From the NCBI GenBank assembly GCA_030704615.1, contig CM060732.1, forward strand, positions 29,760,001 through 29,824,000: 64,000 nt of DNA, in the 5' to 3' direction. Positions 36,396 to 51,700 of this stretch are shown piece after piece. The DNA comes from Takakia lepidozioides (lineage: Eukaryota > Plantae > Bryophyta). The translations under genes and the position numbers were made by a program. Numbering within the stretch: the stretch's first letter is position 1; each line of letters opens with the position of its first letter. The notes under the pieces were generated by a model. It saw only the letters and a program-made list of their open reading frames with translations, made no database searches and was not told the origin of the DNA.

Positions 36396-37418
36396 TGTTA
36401 GAGGGCTACTTGGGACTTAGACGCTTTTACGTTGATCTGTGGGGTACCCTTAATTTTTACACAGACTGAGACCAACAGGAGCCTTAGGGGTGACAGCAAC
36501 AGGCTTTAGGGGGGAGATACACAGCCCGACACAGTCCATCATAGCCCGACACAGCCGTCACAGCCCGTCACAGTCCAACACAGCCCGTCACAGCCAACAT
36601 AGCCTTCACACTTCGCACAGCCAACACAGCCCGTCACAGTCCGACACAGCCGTCAGAGCTTCGCACAGTCGACACAGCCCAACACAGCCAGTCACAGCCC
36701 ACAAACCCCCCACAGCTTCGCACAGCCCTACACAGCCCGACACAGACAAGCAACAGCCGTCACAGCTGCCAGCACAGGGCACAGCTGGGGGACAGTTATC
36801 AATGGCAGGGAACGACGGTGGGGGAACGACATCTGAAAAATGAACGTGTACTACAGGGATGACGGTTAGTTAGGAAAGCGGTTAGAACAGCTTGTAGGTA
36901 GAAAAAGCGAAGAGCGGGGGAGGTCTGGACATCACTTCTTGGGGGGGACTTCTGGCATGAGGGCTTGGAAATAGAAGGGAGAGCACATCTCTGAGTGGAA
37001 AGATGAAGAGCACGGAGTAAGAGAAGTGACGATCGGTTGTTACTTGATGAATGCAAGCTGTCGAATTGTAATATATAGTAGATTAGAGACACCATGGCTT
37101 CAGCCTGATACTTGATAGATATTAATCTGATACATACTTCATACTCACACTGTGTAGAGAGACCTGAGTGAAGCTGTGGAATGAATGGATGGAACTTGAT
37201 AGATTTCTGAAGCAAACTGATACTTAATTGCAGAAAGTAAGGTAACTCGCTAACATGAATGCGGGAAGGAGTACAAATAGGAAACACCCCCATGATACAC
37301 TAGCTGTAGGTCATGACTGATTTCTGAGCGGGCTGAGTGCTTAGAGATTTCCAACTCTTCTATCTTGGAGTTCCCACCTCGGATAGCGAAGGGATGGGTG
37401 AGTATAAGCCGCTCGACA
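36396..37418 (+). repeat. Plus-strand 3' LTR of a fifth gypsy copy
   Basis: TGTTAGAGG...GCTCGACA is the reverse complement of the other LTRs. It is preceded by the PPT and followed by GTTGG, not a PBS. Confidence 0.9.
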
Positions 37419-40400
37419 GTTGGGCTTTGTCAAACAATGACGAGCTGTGATAGGCTGTGTCATACTGTGGTGGGCTGTGATAGTTGTGCGAACACCCGTG
37501 TTCTCCGCTCAGGCCATACACATTCGGCTTTACGACAAGTGCTTCATGCTCCGTTGGTATCACCGGTGTAATAGATGTGTCTACTTCTGTGTTTCAAAAT
37601 GCAAATCATGCTGCAATGGTTTATCATGGATACCACTATATCCCTTCAACTTATTGGCATTGACTCTACCAAGCATCTCTTTGTTAATGGTTTGTAACAT
37701 GGCTGTGTTGTTATCATACATCTTCTGTATGATATAAGGTCATTTCCATGGTGACTTAAGCTTAGAAGCTTTAATCTTTCCCTTCTTCTGCAACCACAGT
37801 ACCAAATCACCCGTCTTAAAAGTTTTCAATTTACCTTCATCAAATTGATCCTTCCTCTTCATTTGAATTCTGGTCATGTTATCTGCTGCATCCGCACGTA
37901 CTTTTTCCACATGATATAATTCATGTTTCCTAACTTTAATTGAATCCTCCAATTCCATTCTCCTTCCCCATTCAGTTCTCATGGTAGGTAATAAGAATTC
38001 CACTGGTAGTAAAGCTTCCATACCATAAACTAATTGGAATGGTGTATACTTGGTTGTGACTTTATATGAAGTTCTGTATGACCACAAAGCTATCAGCAGC
38101 TTTGTATCCCAATCTGTTCTGTTTGCATTGACTATCTTAGCCAAAATAGTGCATAGTATTTTGTTGGTGACCTCTGCCTGCCCATTGCCCTGCGGGTAAT
38201 ATGTTGTATTCTTCCTATGCACAATCATGAACTCTTTAGTCAATAGTTCTATGGTCTCATTAATGAAGTGACTACCCTGGTCACTGATAAATTCCAGGGG
38301 ACAGCCAAATCTTGTAAGTATGTTCTCATCCAGGAACCTTGCTGTAGACTTAGCTGTGTTGTCCCTCAGAGCCTTAGCTTCCACCCACTTTGTAGTATAA
38401 TCAGTGGCTCTGATTATATACTTGTTCTGTGTATTTCTGGCTGGTGGGTTTATTGGTCCAACAAAGTCTAATCCTCATTTCTGGAATGGTTCAGTAGGCA
38501 TCGTACGATGCAAAGCCATCTTTCCAGATCTTTGCAAAGGTCCTAGCCTCTGACACTCATCACAACTTTTGCAATACTTGTGTACATCCTTGAACAAAGT
38601 AGGCCACCAGTAACCTGCAAGTAATATCTTTCTACTGGTAGTCTCCTCTCCAAAATGACCTCCAACCACTCCTTTATGAACTTCTTCCAAAACTTTATTT
38701 ACTTCATGGTGGTACAAGCATCGTTTAAGAACTCCATCAAATCCTAGCTTATACAATCTGCCACCTATCATAGTGTAAGGTAAAGCCTTGATAGCTATCC
38801 TCTTCCTCTGTTCCTTCCCATAACTGGGTGGGCACTGACCATGAGTAAGGTAGTATCTGATTGGCCACTACCAATCTAACCAATCATCTACACTTCCTTA
38901 CACATCCACTGCAAATAAACTCGCATCAGGTAGTTGGTCGTCCACTCCTGTGGCGGGCTCTCCTGTTGATAGGCGTGACAAGGGATCTGCCACAAGATGC
39001 AAATGGCCAGGCTTGTAAACAACTTTGAATTCAAACTCGTGCAAGATTATTAACCATCTTGCTATCCTGCCACTTATCAAAAGCTTGTTCACCAGATAAA
39101 TCAAAGCCTGATGATCCACATAAAACATAAACTTCCTTCCCAATAAGTAATGTCTGAATTTCTTGACCGCATAAATCATTGTCAATGCTTCTCTTTCAGT
39201 GGTGCTATAGTTCCTTTCAGCACTGTTCAACAACCTGCTAGCATAGTACACAGGTGAATCTATGTTTTCTATGATATTTTGGGCTAACACAGCTCCCAAT
39301 GCTTCTCCTGAGGCATCATAGTGTACATGAAATACTACATGCCAGTGAGGGTTAATCAGCACAGGTATAGTTGTTACTGACAATGTAAGTTCCTCAAAAG
39401 CCTGTTGACATTCAGCTGTCCATGCAAACACTGCATCCTTCTTCAAACGCTTGTTCAATGGAGCTGCCATCTGTGCATATCGTTTAACAAACCTTCTATA
39501 ATAAGTACTTTGTCCAAGGAACCTCCTTAAACCCTTCACGTTACTTGGTGGTGGTGAGGCTTTAATAGCCTCTGTCTTTCTAGGATTTACAAGCAGTCCC
39601 TTCTTGCACACAATGTGTCCCAGTAGTACCCCTGAGTTCACACAAAAAGTACACTTTTCCGGATTCTGTCCAAGACCTCTCATCCTACATCTAGCCAAAC
39701 ATAACTCCAACTTCTGCAAGTGCTCATTCTTAGAGTTGTACACACTGAAGTCATCTAAAAACACTTGCATGAAATCATCTAGATACTCTTGGAAGGATTC
39801 ACTTATCACTCTCTGAAAAGTTGTTGCTGAAGCCATCCATGAATGAGTACATCTCATGGCTTGCCACAGTGTCCAGTACAACTTCTGTGAATGGTAAAGG
39901 AAATGGATCTTTCTTTGTACAAGCATTCAACTTCTTATAGTTCACACAAACTCTCAGTTTTCCATTATTCTTGGGAACTATCACAATAGGTGACAGCCAA
40001 GTTGTATACTCTATTGGGTATATGAACTTAGCCTCAGCCAGCTTCTTGATCTCTTCCCCAACCTTCTGTGCATAGTTAGGATTCATTCTGTACCTAGCCT
40101 GTTTGATTGGTACTGACCCTGGTTCCAGTTTAATTTTATGCTGGCAAATCTCAGGGGGTATCCCTTTCAGATCCTCATAGCTCCATGCAAATACATCTTT
40201 GTATTTGATGAACAGGCTCTTAGCTTCCTCAAAGAATTCCGGCTCCAAGTCAGCCCCTACTTTCACCATTCTTGGTTCCTCCTCAGTTCCCACATTCACG
40301 TCTCTCACCTGCTCTTCAGCTGTGATTGTCCATCCAGCCACTACTTCATCCTGTAAACTCACAGTGGCTGGTTCTTCTAGGATTTCCATTTCTCCCTCTC

Positions 40401-43400
40401 TTTCTTCATAGAAATGTGGTGGGTAACTGCTTGTTTCCCCATCAATTGGTGTTGCTGTTACTGCACCATAGCAGATACCTTTAAAGCAACTCAGGCCTCC
40501 CAGTTGCATTTCTGCAACCTGCTCCCACTCTAGGTGTGCAGCAAACAGTGTAGCTTCCTGCTCCTCATCAAGTCCTCCCTCCAGTCATATTCTCTGACTC
40601 CACGAGGTCTTCTGGTAGCAGGTAGCCTACAAGATTTCTTAGTGGTGACCTGTATCTTGTGCTTCCCATCATGTATAGTCAGTAACTCGGATTTCCAGTC
40701 ATGGAATACCGTGGCCTATTTTAGCCATGGTCGACCCAGTAATAAGGAGTAAGCTTCCATAGCATCATCCATTTTCAACACGGTCACTGTGATCTTAAAA
40801 ATCATCTTTTGGATCTGTATCTTTACTCCTCTTATCAAGCCTAAAGGCTGTACACTCCTTTGATCTGCCATTGTTACTGTAAATGGGGCCGGTTTCATGT
40901 TACTCAGACCAAGCTTCTGCCATAATTGGTCTGTCATAATATTCACTCATGAACCTCCATCTATCAGTACATCAGTCAAGTCTGTGCTTCCAATTCTCAA
41001 TTGGATTACTGGCATAGAATCATCAAAGTCCATGAATGTTTCTCGCCCTTCAGGCTTCACATTATAACTTGTCACCTTGCTATTCAGGTTTGTGTTCTCT
41101 GTCACATGAGCAATCTAATTGATTGCTTGATACAGCCTGTGCCTACAATGAGGTGCCACAGCCAATAGCTGTCCAATGGTAATCTCAGCTTTGGTCTGAC
41201 ATATTACTTCAGCCAGAGTCCCTTCATTATCCTGCACTTGTGCAGTTTCTTTCTTCACTTCATCTTCACCATCTTCATCTTCTCTATCAAAGTCAGAAGA
41301 ATCTGCCATAGGGATATTAGTATTCTTTTGCATTTTCCTTATGGTATCAGCCACTTCCCTGTGTAGTTCCTTCTCATCTCTCCAAGCCTCATCATTTTCA
41401 GGCACATCACTGTTATCCTCATTATCATCTTCTTCCTCATCCACTAGAGGTATTAGTTTAGCTTTGCTTCTAGTCACTATCATTGTACTTACTTCTGGTA
41501 CAAAACATGGCCTAACCATGTGAGTTGCCACCGCTGGCCCCTCATTCACAGGAGCTCTCATCTCATTCTGGTGTTTGATCCAGAATGGACAAGCTGCCTT
41601 GCGATGTCCTGCCTGGTTACAATAGTAACACAATTCTTCCCTATTAGGTCCTCTCCCTTGGTCTACTCTGGGATTATTTCTATAATCCTGATTCCTGGCT
41701 GGTAATTCCCCCTTGGATTACCCTGATAGTTGCCTCTGGGATTGCCTTGGTAATTCCCTCTTGGATTACCTCTCCCTGCCATACCAATGTTATAACCACC
41801 AGGCCTTCCATAGTGGTCCTGATCATTGTTTCTTCTTGGTTGGGACTGCACTTGATGCACCTTTACTTGCCTAGGTTCTCTTGCAGCTGTCCTTCTGTTG
41901 TAATAACAATTCTCAGTAGAATGGTTATCCATTTTACAGATAGTACAATGTTTCTCCTTCATGTGGCATTCAGCTGTGGTATGGCCTTCATTCTGGCATT
42001 TTGCACACCAAACACCCTTCCTCCAATGTGTTGCAGCCTCTGTGGCATACTTCTTCAAGATTTCCTCCAGCCTCTTTTCATAGTTATCCCTCTTCAACCT
42101 CTCCTTCTTCTTACTTTTCCTCTTGAGCTCCTGCTCTTCTTCTTCATCTGACTCATCTTCAGAGTCCTCTTCATCCTTTTTATCTCTCCTGAGCATTCCT
42201 AATTGCTCAATTCTGTTGGCTGTTTCAAATGCCTCTTCCACTGTATTAAGGGGTAGCATATCCACTTTCTTTTGTAATTCAGGTCTTAGTCCACTCACAA
42301 ACCAGGTCTTCTGTAACCCTGGTGCTGGTACAGCAGCCAACTTTTTCATCATCAACTCCATCTTTTCCATGTACTCTTCAACAGTTTCATGTTTCATTTG
42401 CCTTAACTGTTGTAAACTCCCATACACTTCATCCTCAGTTTTGCTTGTCCTGAACTTGTTTCGGAATGCTGTACTAAAGCCATTCCAGGTTAGGAAATGA
42501 TTATCAGGAAATCTTGCATACCATTCACTTGCTTTCTTGATAAGTAAACAAGGAAACAGTCTCATCTTGGCATCATCGCCATTCTCATTGTTCACAATAC
42601 ACATGTGCTCAAATTGGCTAATGTGTACATCAGGATCCCCTTTTCCTGCATATATTGGAAAATGTGGGTTTGCCCGTGTTGGAGGTACTGCCATCTGTGG
42701 CCCTACACCCTGCCTCTGATAGGTGCTAGTCCTCCTGTTGGTGTTGGTCCTTGAGGACCTGTTGTTGTAGTGATGGAACTCCCACCAGATGCTGGCCCTT
42801 GAGCACTCCCTGCTACTGGCCCCTCTGTACTTACAGTATTCCCAGCTCCAGTTGCACTACTTCCCACACTCCCTGTCCCCCCAGAGCCAGATCCAAGCTG
42901 CCCGCCTGATCCCCCTGAGCCAACACCTTCGTTGGCCTGTGATTCAAGTGCTCCACTTGACCTATGTCCAACAGGTTGGGATGTCCTGGTTGTAGTCTCA
43001 ACCTCAACTGTTGGGTCTACTTCTTCATACTCCTCATCTTCCAAATTCTTCCCCCTGTTTCCATCTTCCAAGTTCTTCTCTTGGATTTCCTCTTCCTCAC
43101 TCATATAGCTCAACTGGAGTGGTGTTGGAGAGTCCGAACTCTCCATTGGCTCTGCCACATCCTCCTCTCCTTATTTGTCTCAAGGGCTTCAGAAACTCGA
43201 GTTCCTGCTTTTGGTGTTCCATACCAACTTTGATCAAAGATTTCTGTCAAATCTTTAACCCAGGGATGTACCTCAGATCTCTCCCCTCGTGGCTGATCTT
43301 CTTCCTGTACCAAATCCCTTAATCTTTCTTGTAAAGAATAAGAAGGAGTGGCATCCAACTCTGGTTCTTCCGGTATGGGTGATGTACTCTTTGATCTTGA

Positions 43401-45127
43401 TGGTGTGAGAGGTCTAGATGATTCTCCTATGTCTATTCCTCTCTCCCAAAGATATGGATAATTAGCTTTCAAATAACTTTCTCTTTTTGCTGAATATCTG
43501 TGAAGTCTAGCTTCTCTTTCATCACTCATGTCCCATGTCTTTCATATCTTTAATGAGGCAATAACCAAAACTCTCTTCTGTAGTATCTCTCGTATATGCC
43601 TGGATTTCTTTCAAGCTTCAACGCACCCTTGGCTATACTAGAAGTCTCTGTTACCATATAACCATATGGCAAAAACGTCTGAAAAGCTGTTTCTTGGGGT
43701 AAGTTTGATCCAAAGGATATCCTTAGGAATCCAATTCTTTACCAGTACCAATTCTTCATGCATATGAGTATAAACATTCACTTTCCGTTCCTCCCAGGCT
43801 TCAAACTCCACTCGTTTAATGGATAGCAACGCTATCACATAAACCAGTGTTGGTAACCAACTTGCTCTCCCTCTACATGCCACTTGATAAATCTTTATCA
43901 CTCCTTTCTCCAGACCCCACTCTGGATCTGCATCATTCACTCTCTTAAGAATATTTTCTTTGCAACCGTCTGGCAATTCCAAGAACCTCTGAAAGAATTG
44001 TTTGGACAACCTTTCTTTCTCAGTTCCATAGGGAATTTGATTCACATCAAATTCCTTAATTTTCCAACCACCATGATCCCACCAGATGTTTGTCACATCT
44101 GGTTGTTCTTGACCCAATTCCTCAGTATGGTCGCCAAATGTCGAGCGGCTTTTACTCACCCATCCCTTCGCTATCCGAGGTGGGAACTCCAAGATAGAAT
44201 AGTTGGATATCTCTAAGCACTCAGCCCATCAGTCATGACCTACAACTAGTGTATCATGGAAGTGCTTCTTGTTTGTATTCTTTCTTGCCTTCATGTCAGC
44301 AAATTACCTTATTGTTTATATTAAAGCATCGGATTGCTTCAGCAATCTTCCAGATTCCATCTTCTCATGCATTCATTACACAGCTTCACTCAGGTCTCTC
44401 TACACAATGTGGGTATGAAATATGTGTCAGATTAATATCTATCAAGTATCGGGCCGAAGCCATGGTGTCTCTAATCTGCTCTACAGTATAACTCTACAGC
44501 TTGCATTCATCAAGTATCAACAAATCACGTCTCCTCCATCACTGTGCTCTCCATACCCCAGCTCCAGATCATCCCCCTCTCTCCGATGTCCAAGTCATGA
44601 TGCCTCCAGTGTTTCCCCAAGAAGTGTCCTTCATGTTGCTGCTCTACTTAATTTATCTGCAAGCCATTCTAACCGCCTAACTAACTAACTGTCACCCAAG
44701 AAGTAAGCACGTTCCCCCTGCAGATGTTGTTCCCACACAGTCGTTCCCTGCCAATGATAACCGTTCCCTATGTACGCTGTGACGGCTGTGCCAAGCTGTG
44801 TCGGGCTGTGACTGTGCCGAGCTGTGACTGGCTGTGTCGGGCTGTGATTGACTGTGTAACTGTGCCTGCTGATAAACTGTGATAGGCTGTGTAAGGCTGT
44901 GTCCGGCTGTGACAAGCTGTGTCAGGCTGTGATAGACTGTGATAGGCTGTGTACGACTGTGTCTAGCTGTGACTGAGTGTGTAAGCCTGTCTACCACCTT
45001 TAAAGCCTGTGCCTGTCACCCCTAAGGCCTCTGTTGGTCTAAGTCTACCATCCGTAAGCCTGCGCAAAAATTAAGGGTACCCCATAGAACCCGTAAAACT
45101 GTCTAAGTCCCAGACAACCCTCTAACA
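37419..45127 (-). mobile_element. Ty3/gypsy copy 4, more diverged (5' LTR 44139-45127; gag-pol with stops and an RT deletion)
   Basis: Same domain order. In-frame stops at about 41115, 40950 and 37740; deletion of about 100 bp in RT at about 39825; outer flank ATTAG. Confidence 0.92.
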
Positions 45128-45760
45128 ATTAGTCTCAACAAACCATTTTGAAAACACTCTCAATTCTCTCATTGTCATTATATCCTCATGTTCCTTGTTT
45201 CTACCTTTTGACCTTTGCCTTTACTCTCCCAATGTTCTTGAAGTCCATGGCGCAAATATTTACTGCGTGAGGACCCGACAGTACTTGATAACCCTCCCAA
45301 TTACATTAGAGCACAACACCCTGGCTAGAAACTAGAAATGAACGATACTACTTGGAAAACAAATTCCCTAATCTGTTCTGTCTAATCTCACTACAAGCTG
45401 CAAATCACATGGATTATTCATTTATCAACGAAAGAGATTAGCTATATTTTCACGGAAACAACATATATAGTTGGTTATAAATACATATTTTATAGTCGAG
45501 ACATGACGTCTACTACAAACCAGATTGCTAAACCGAACGGGGTTCTAACCCAACATGCTTCCATTGCTGACAGATTTATACCCTTAGTAGGAAATGGAGG
45601 TAGACTAAATATGCAGTCTTACACTAGAGGTTATAGTGCTTGCCAGAAATGCATCACCTCCCAAATCATGGGCCACATTTGTACACAAATGAATATAATA
45701 TTGGAGTAGGCAAAACTTCTTATGCTTGCAAAAAAAAGAACACAACTGTGGACATGCTAC

Positions 45761-48700
45761 TTATGTATGCATTGGGTTATTGTTGCGATTTTGAGGGCGG
45801 TCCATGGCATCTATACGAGCAGTGATTCCAATGGTTGTCTTGCGTACAGCCTTCAACTTTTCTTGCAAATACATCTCAGGCTTTTGTAAGTGAATCATTT
45901 CCCCAATGAGGTGATGATCCTTGGGATGAAACAATCGTTGATACACCTGATATGTAGAGTAGGGGAAGATGCATGCCATTGGAACAAGTATCCCAATAAG
46001 CCAATATGATGGAGTCGGAGCGAGAGCTTCAACCAACACCCTGTATGCTGTAGTGGAAAACGTGGGTTTCAAGTAACCATAGACAATCAAGAAAAGGTAC
46101 CAGAAAGCAACACTCCCCCAAATTAAAAAATGTTGGATCCAAATGAAATATGAGATGGCCAATGCGATTTGGCAATTAACCACCAGCACAATGCACGTGT
46201 ACATGGTGGCACCCACCACCTCAATACCTGCCACCTTCCCATGTTTGCAATATGCCTCACGCTTCAACACACTTGTGACAAAAAAGAAGATAATCAAGGA
46301 GCTGTACACACCATTTACCATCCATCCTAGTATACGACTCCAGCGAAAAAACATGTTGTTTCGGCCTTGTTGGTACAACGCTGGGAACTGCACCACCCAC
46401 ACCCATCTTCTTATTTAAAAAAATCACACGTCTCATGTGCAACTTGAAACTTGACAGCAAGGGCCCATGGGAAAGTTTCTTGTTGTAATATAAAACCATG
46501 TAAAAGCATTGGACCATAAATGGTTATTGGCATCTGATGTGTTAGACTTTTGTGGCATACCACTTGAGGGAGAGGTTGAAGAAAACATTCCATTATGATG
46601 GAACACTCAACGATATTAACAAAACATCCTTAAAAGACTTCATCCAGTGCACATCGATCTCACAGTTGTCACCTCATGGTATGTACTCTCCAGTCAATAA
46701 GTTATTGCAATTTATTCTCTAAGGAAAAATCAAACCTACCACCTATTGGAAGCACCTTGCAAGCAACTTGCAACATTGTGTCCTTCTTGATAGTACATAG
46801 TGCTTTGACTCAAGACCAAAGCTTATGAAGGAAAGTATATATTGTTGATGGTCCAATCAAGCTTTCACAAACAGTGGGGATCTAGAATATATACAACTCA
46901 GCTAACACAACTCACGGTATCCATTCTAATTTGAATACATCCAAAAAGATGGGATTTAGTTGGATGGAAGATTTCTTCACTTTCAACGTACTCTAAAACA
47001 ATAAGGACATGTGTTGCCTTTGGTAGTACCCTACACTTGAGGCTCAAGCACAACATCGAAACATAATGTGTAGTTTGAAGAAATTAATGCATGCCAACCC
47101 ACCTGTAAGCAAACATTGGCAGAGACATCTTGCTCAAGAACCCCTAATGCCATAACAGGCATCGATGTAAAAAATACATTGAAGAGTGACATGTACCAAT
47201 CGTTGTAAGCTGATTGTCCAGAGAAACTTGTATGTGCCTCATAGTAGAAAATAGTAAGACCAAATGTGATATTCTTGTAGAAAAAATAACAAACCTATAC
47301 CGCAACCAAAAGATATTACTAGTTATATACGATATTTATCAAGACAAAATTGATATTTATATATTTATTGAGAAAATTTCAAAATAGCAAGATATTGATA
47401 TTTGATTAAGTTTCCAATGTAGCTTTCCATATGAAATGACACTAATAACCCTTTAATTTGCCAATATAAAAGAATCACATGGATTCACTCAATTGTCACT
47501 CTTCAAAAATACGAAAAATAGGGATTTGAACAGAAAAAAATTGTGCAGGGATAATTTCGGTTCAAAACCATCAGTACCATGAGAGCAATGCGCTTATAGC
47601 ACCAATGTCCATGCACAATGAGCAAACGCTCCAAAAAGCGGAATTGCGCAATTGTAAAATCACTAGCCATGACTGCCTGTCATCCTCACATATAATTCCC
47701 AAAGACCCACAATAATTAGCTAGAGGCGTCTATATAGGTCTTCTCATGTAGCCATTATGAGATGCGTAAATTTGAACTATATATTACTCAGCGGCATTTT
47801 GGACATGAGAACTTGCAGGAAATGAACATAAGACAGATCATGTAGGGATAACAAACCAACCATATCAATGGCTCCCCAAACTTTCCTAAGCCCAGGGTAC
47901 TGTAGTCACAAAGCCATAATATCGACTAACTATGATGGAAAAAGACAAACCTGCATGCCTTCAACTCCACTAATTCCGACACCTATGTCGGCCTCTTGGA
48001 TCATCCCAACATCATTTGCACCGTCCCCAATGCTTAAAGTGGTTTTACCAGTCCCTTCCTTGACCAACCTTGTTATCTGTATGAGCAACAAACTCGATCT
48101 TAGCCACAATAATGTGCTACCGACAGTAAGAAATAAATTTAACTCTTACACTACTTACACTTATAAAGTAAGAAAAGTATGAAGAGCCTATCAATCACAA
48201 GCTCCAATAGATTAAGACCCCTAGCTCTGTAGACTGAGACGTCCTTGACTAGCGTGCACAACGACTCGTGTACGCCACTGTGTTTCAAAATTTCCTAACC
48301 GACCTTAGTATACAACAGTCAATGATAGATTTGTAGCCACAACTACCATAATATGGATAAATATTTTGCCAAAATAAACATTCATATCGGAGACATGTCT
48401 TTCTTATACATTGCTACACACGTTAATTAGTACATACATTGAATCAGTTGAAGATAGAATAATCATATTGGAGTTGTACCAATGCCTTTTGTTTGGGAGA
48501 CACGCGACAACAAATGACAGATGCACATTGCACAGCCAGATGTAGGAGCTGGTCCTTCAGTTCATCCTCAAGGGCATAGATCAAAGATTTGCCATCAATG
48601 ATTAGTGCAAAAGCTACATCTTCAATGGAAGTTGTATCGATTTGTTGCAACCCAGTTGAAATCTGTTGAAGAATGCTTTGCCTTGATACCTAGATCCACA

Positions 48701-51700
48701 TTCAATGACTGAATCATGTATGAGATCACCATGTGATTTCAATCAACATACCAAAGCACATACAAGGGCAATCAAAGGGGCCCGTAAAAAAAAAACCTAT
48801 ATATCTCTTTAGATCAAATTCAACAGAAAAGACATAATCTTTTGGATATGCAACCATAATTCAACATGGACTTCCATAGGCCCGAGATAATGTTTAGGGC
48901 CAGCCTTACTTGGACAATGCTTGCCTTATCTCCAAACTCCTCTGCCGACTTTACATCAGCATTTTCCAAACTAACAACAATTTGTATCATGCCTTGCCGT
49001 AGTAAACTGCAAGCAAAACTACAGACAACACAACAAAAAAGTTGATGCAATTGTCAGGCACACAACAAGGATAATTAATGTGTTTTTTTTACACAATATA
49101 AAAAGAATACCATCAAGAGTACAAGTCACACCCACCCAATGTTGATAGCAGTCTCCTGCTTGTCACCAGTTAGCACCCAGATCTTGAGACCAGCTTGTGC
49201 AAGTTTGTCAATGCATTCCGGAACCTGAAGAGCATCATTACAAACACTTACCATACATTCCCTACATCAAGCTTACATGATAAAAACTCTCCAGATCCTC
49301 ATTTACTTGTGAGTTGAAAACCACTTTTTGTTAGCACAAAAATATGATATGTCCCTCACATTTGACTTTATATCATATATGAGAGATTTATGAATATAAA
49401 CTGCACCTTACATTGGCACAAGTACTATAAATAAGCCAAACAATGATATATACATCCTATCTTTAAAAAGAAAGTAAAGACACATGTTGAGCTACTCACT
49501 CCTTTCTGTAATTTGTCCTCGACAGCAGTGGCACCAATAAGTATAAGATTTTTTTCTATCAACTCTGAGGCAGAGTCTAGCATTGTATCCCGGTCTGCAC
49601 CAACTGTTATTTTGGCCTTCAAAAAAATAGAATTCCACTCTGTGTATTCAGTATCATCCAATTTGCGATATGCAATTGCCAACGTCCGCAATCCAGCATC
49701 ACCATACTTGGCAAGATGCCCCTTAGTTGCATCCCAATACAACTTGCCTGCCTTCCCTAATCTGTCATATATCACACTGCATACATGCCCACACAACACA
49801 TCAGTGCACGTCGAGCTAAATCATGCTCCATCAACTATCCCAATAGACTCCAAATTATAATTCATCAGATCTTTATCTCAAATCATGTCTTAGACCTATA
49901 AAAAATTGATACTAATTTAGAAACTCATTATCAACATAACAAATGGTACTAGTTGGTTTCAAGGCACACCAAATACTTGAAGCCCAAAGCTAAGCAAAAT
50001 CTTGTAAGATATATATATTCTTTAAAAAAAAAAAAAAAAAAAACTGATACTAATTATCAACATAACAAATAGGTATAGTTAATGTCTTCAAAGCACACCA
50101 AATACCTAAAGCCCAAAGCTAAGCAAAACATTAGAATGCCTACAAATACTCAAAACTAATTGATAGTGACAACTACAAGAAACCTAGAACAACCTCATAA
50201 ATGTAGAAACAACAAACCTGTCAGCACCTTTGCACATAAGGAGGAGTTGGCCCTCCTTATCCCTCACCACAATTGACATGCGCTTCCGGGTGCTATTGAA
50301 TTCCAATAGATTGAGTATCTTGTACTCTCTGTAAGTTAAAAATACCTTAGTACACAACTCCACCTAGGATATGTCCTCCTCCTAACTCTTTAGTTATATC
50401 AGCACTAGCGCCATGACCATTACTAGCAATCAATTATGTAATAGTAGAAAAGAAACACGTGCAATGGATAGAGCATCAGAAAAGCAACTGCTCAAATATA
50501 TTATTTTGTGGCACTGAAAGTAAAAACATTAGTCTATAGTTCACCTTTGCACTTTGCTTGTGCTTGAAGTTCCTTGAGGCTCCTCTACAAAAACACTATT
50601 TTGTGTACGCCTAATGAACTTGAACCCAAACTCCCTAGCTGCCACTACAAAGGCAGCCTCATCAGGGGATTCAGCCTCATAACTAAGAACACCCGTGGTC
50701 TCGTCCTTCTCTGAAATGGCAGTGTGACAGACTGCAAGAATACGAAAAAATAGTTGGAGGACTTCGACATTAGGCTGTTTCATCCACTTTCCACCCATCA
50801 ACCGCTCGTCTTTGAAGTTGAAGCCCTTCATATGGGGCTCCGCCACCACTGTAGTATCAGTGTTTGATCCTCCACCTTTTTCGGGGTTGACTTGGCATTC
50901 AACAGTAGGAGGTTGGTCCTTCCCAAGCCTCCGAGCAGTAGCTTTTTCAACTTCTGTCACACCACGACCATAGGCAATGCCCCCAATTGAGCACTTCATA
51001 AAATCCATCTGATTGCAAGTGAGAGTACCTGTTTTATCTGAGAGAATCGTGTCTACTTGACCTAATTCCTCATTAAGATTTGAAGTTCGTGCTGAAGCTG
51101 GCTTGTTAGTCTCTTCATGATACATAGCAATATCTTTATTTATAAACTGGGCCTGTAGCACTTTCACAATTTCAATAGATACATACAATGAAATAGGAAT
51201 AAGGTATCCATAAAGAATTAATGCCGTGACTAAGTGTAAAAGGGCGGCCTTAAGCGAATTCTTAGGATCATAATATATAGTAGAGGCATCTGGTCTCAAG
51301 TACCACCAAGAAGATGTTTTTTTTTTTGTGATCATACCAAACACAATGGATCCCACTATAGCAATCAATGCCAAAATACCAAAGAGAAAGTAGATAATGT
51401 AGTCCATCCTCCTCTCAATTCCACTGCGCTTTGATGGTGGGTCTGTGGCATTTTGCATCACTTTTGAGTCGTGACCACTAAAAATCACAATTCCAAATAT
51501 ATATGGTGTGTTGCGGAGCTTAGAATCTCGCAACAAAATTTGTTGAGGTCCCAATGGCAACAGTTCTCCAGCATACTCCAAGGTGCCAACAAAAGTATAA
51601 AGACTAGGGTTGGGATCCTCACACTTGACCTGGCCTTGGAGGCTTGCAAATTTGGCTTCTTCGTCTAGATCGACGGTGTGCTCCAGAGCCCTTTTCAACT

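Noticed and set aside
35395-45127. A single intact element bounded by LTRs 35395-36363 and 44139-45127
   Set aside because: Both LTRs are followed by a PBS (both are 5' LTRs), no PPT precedes the left one on the minus strand, and an inverted LTR intervenes.
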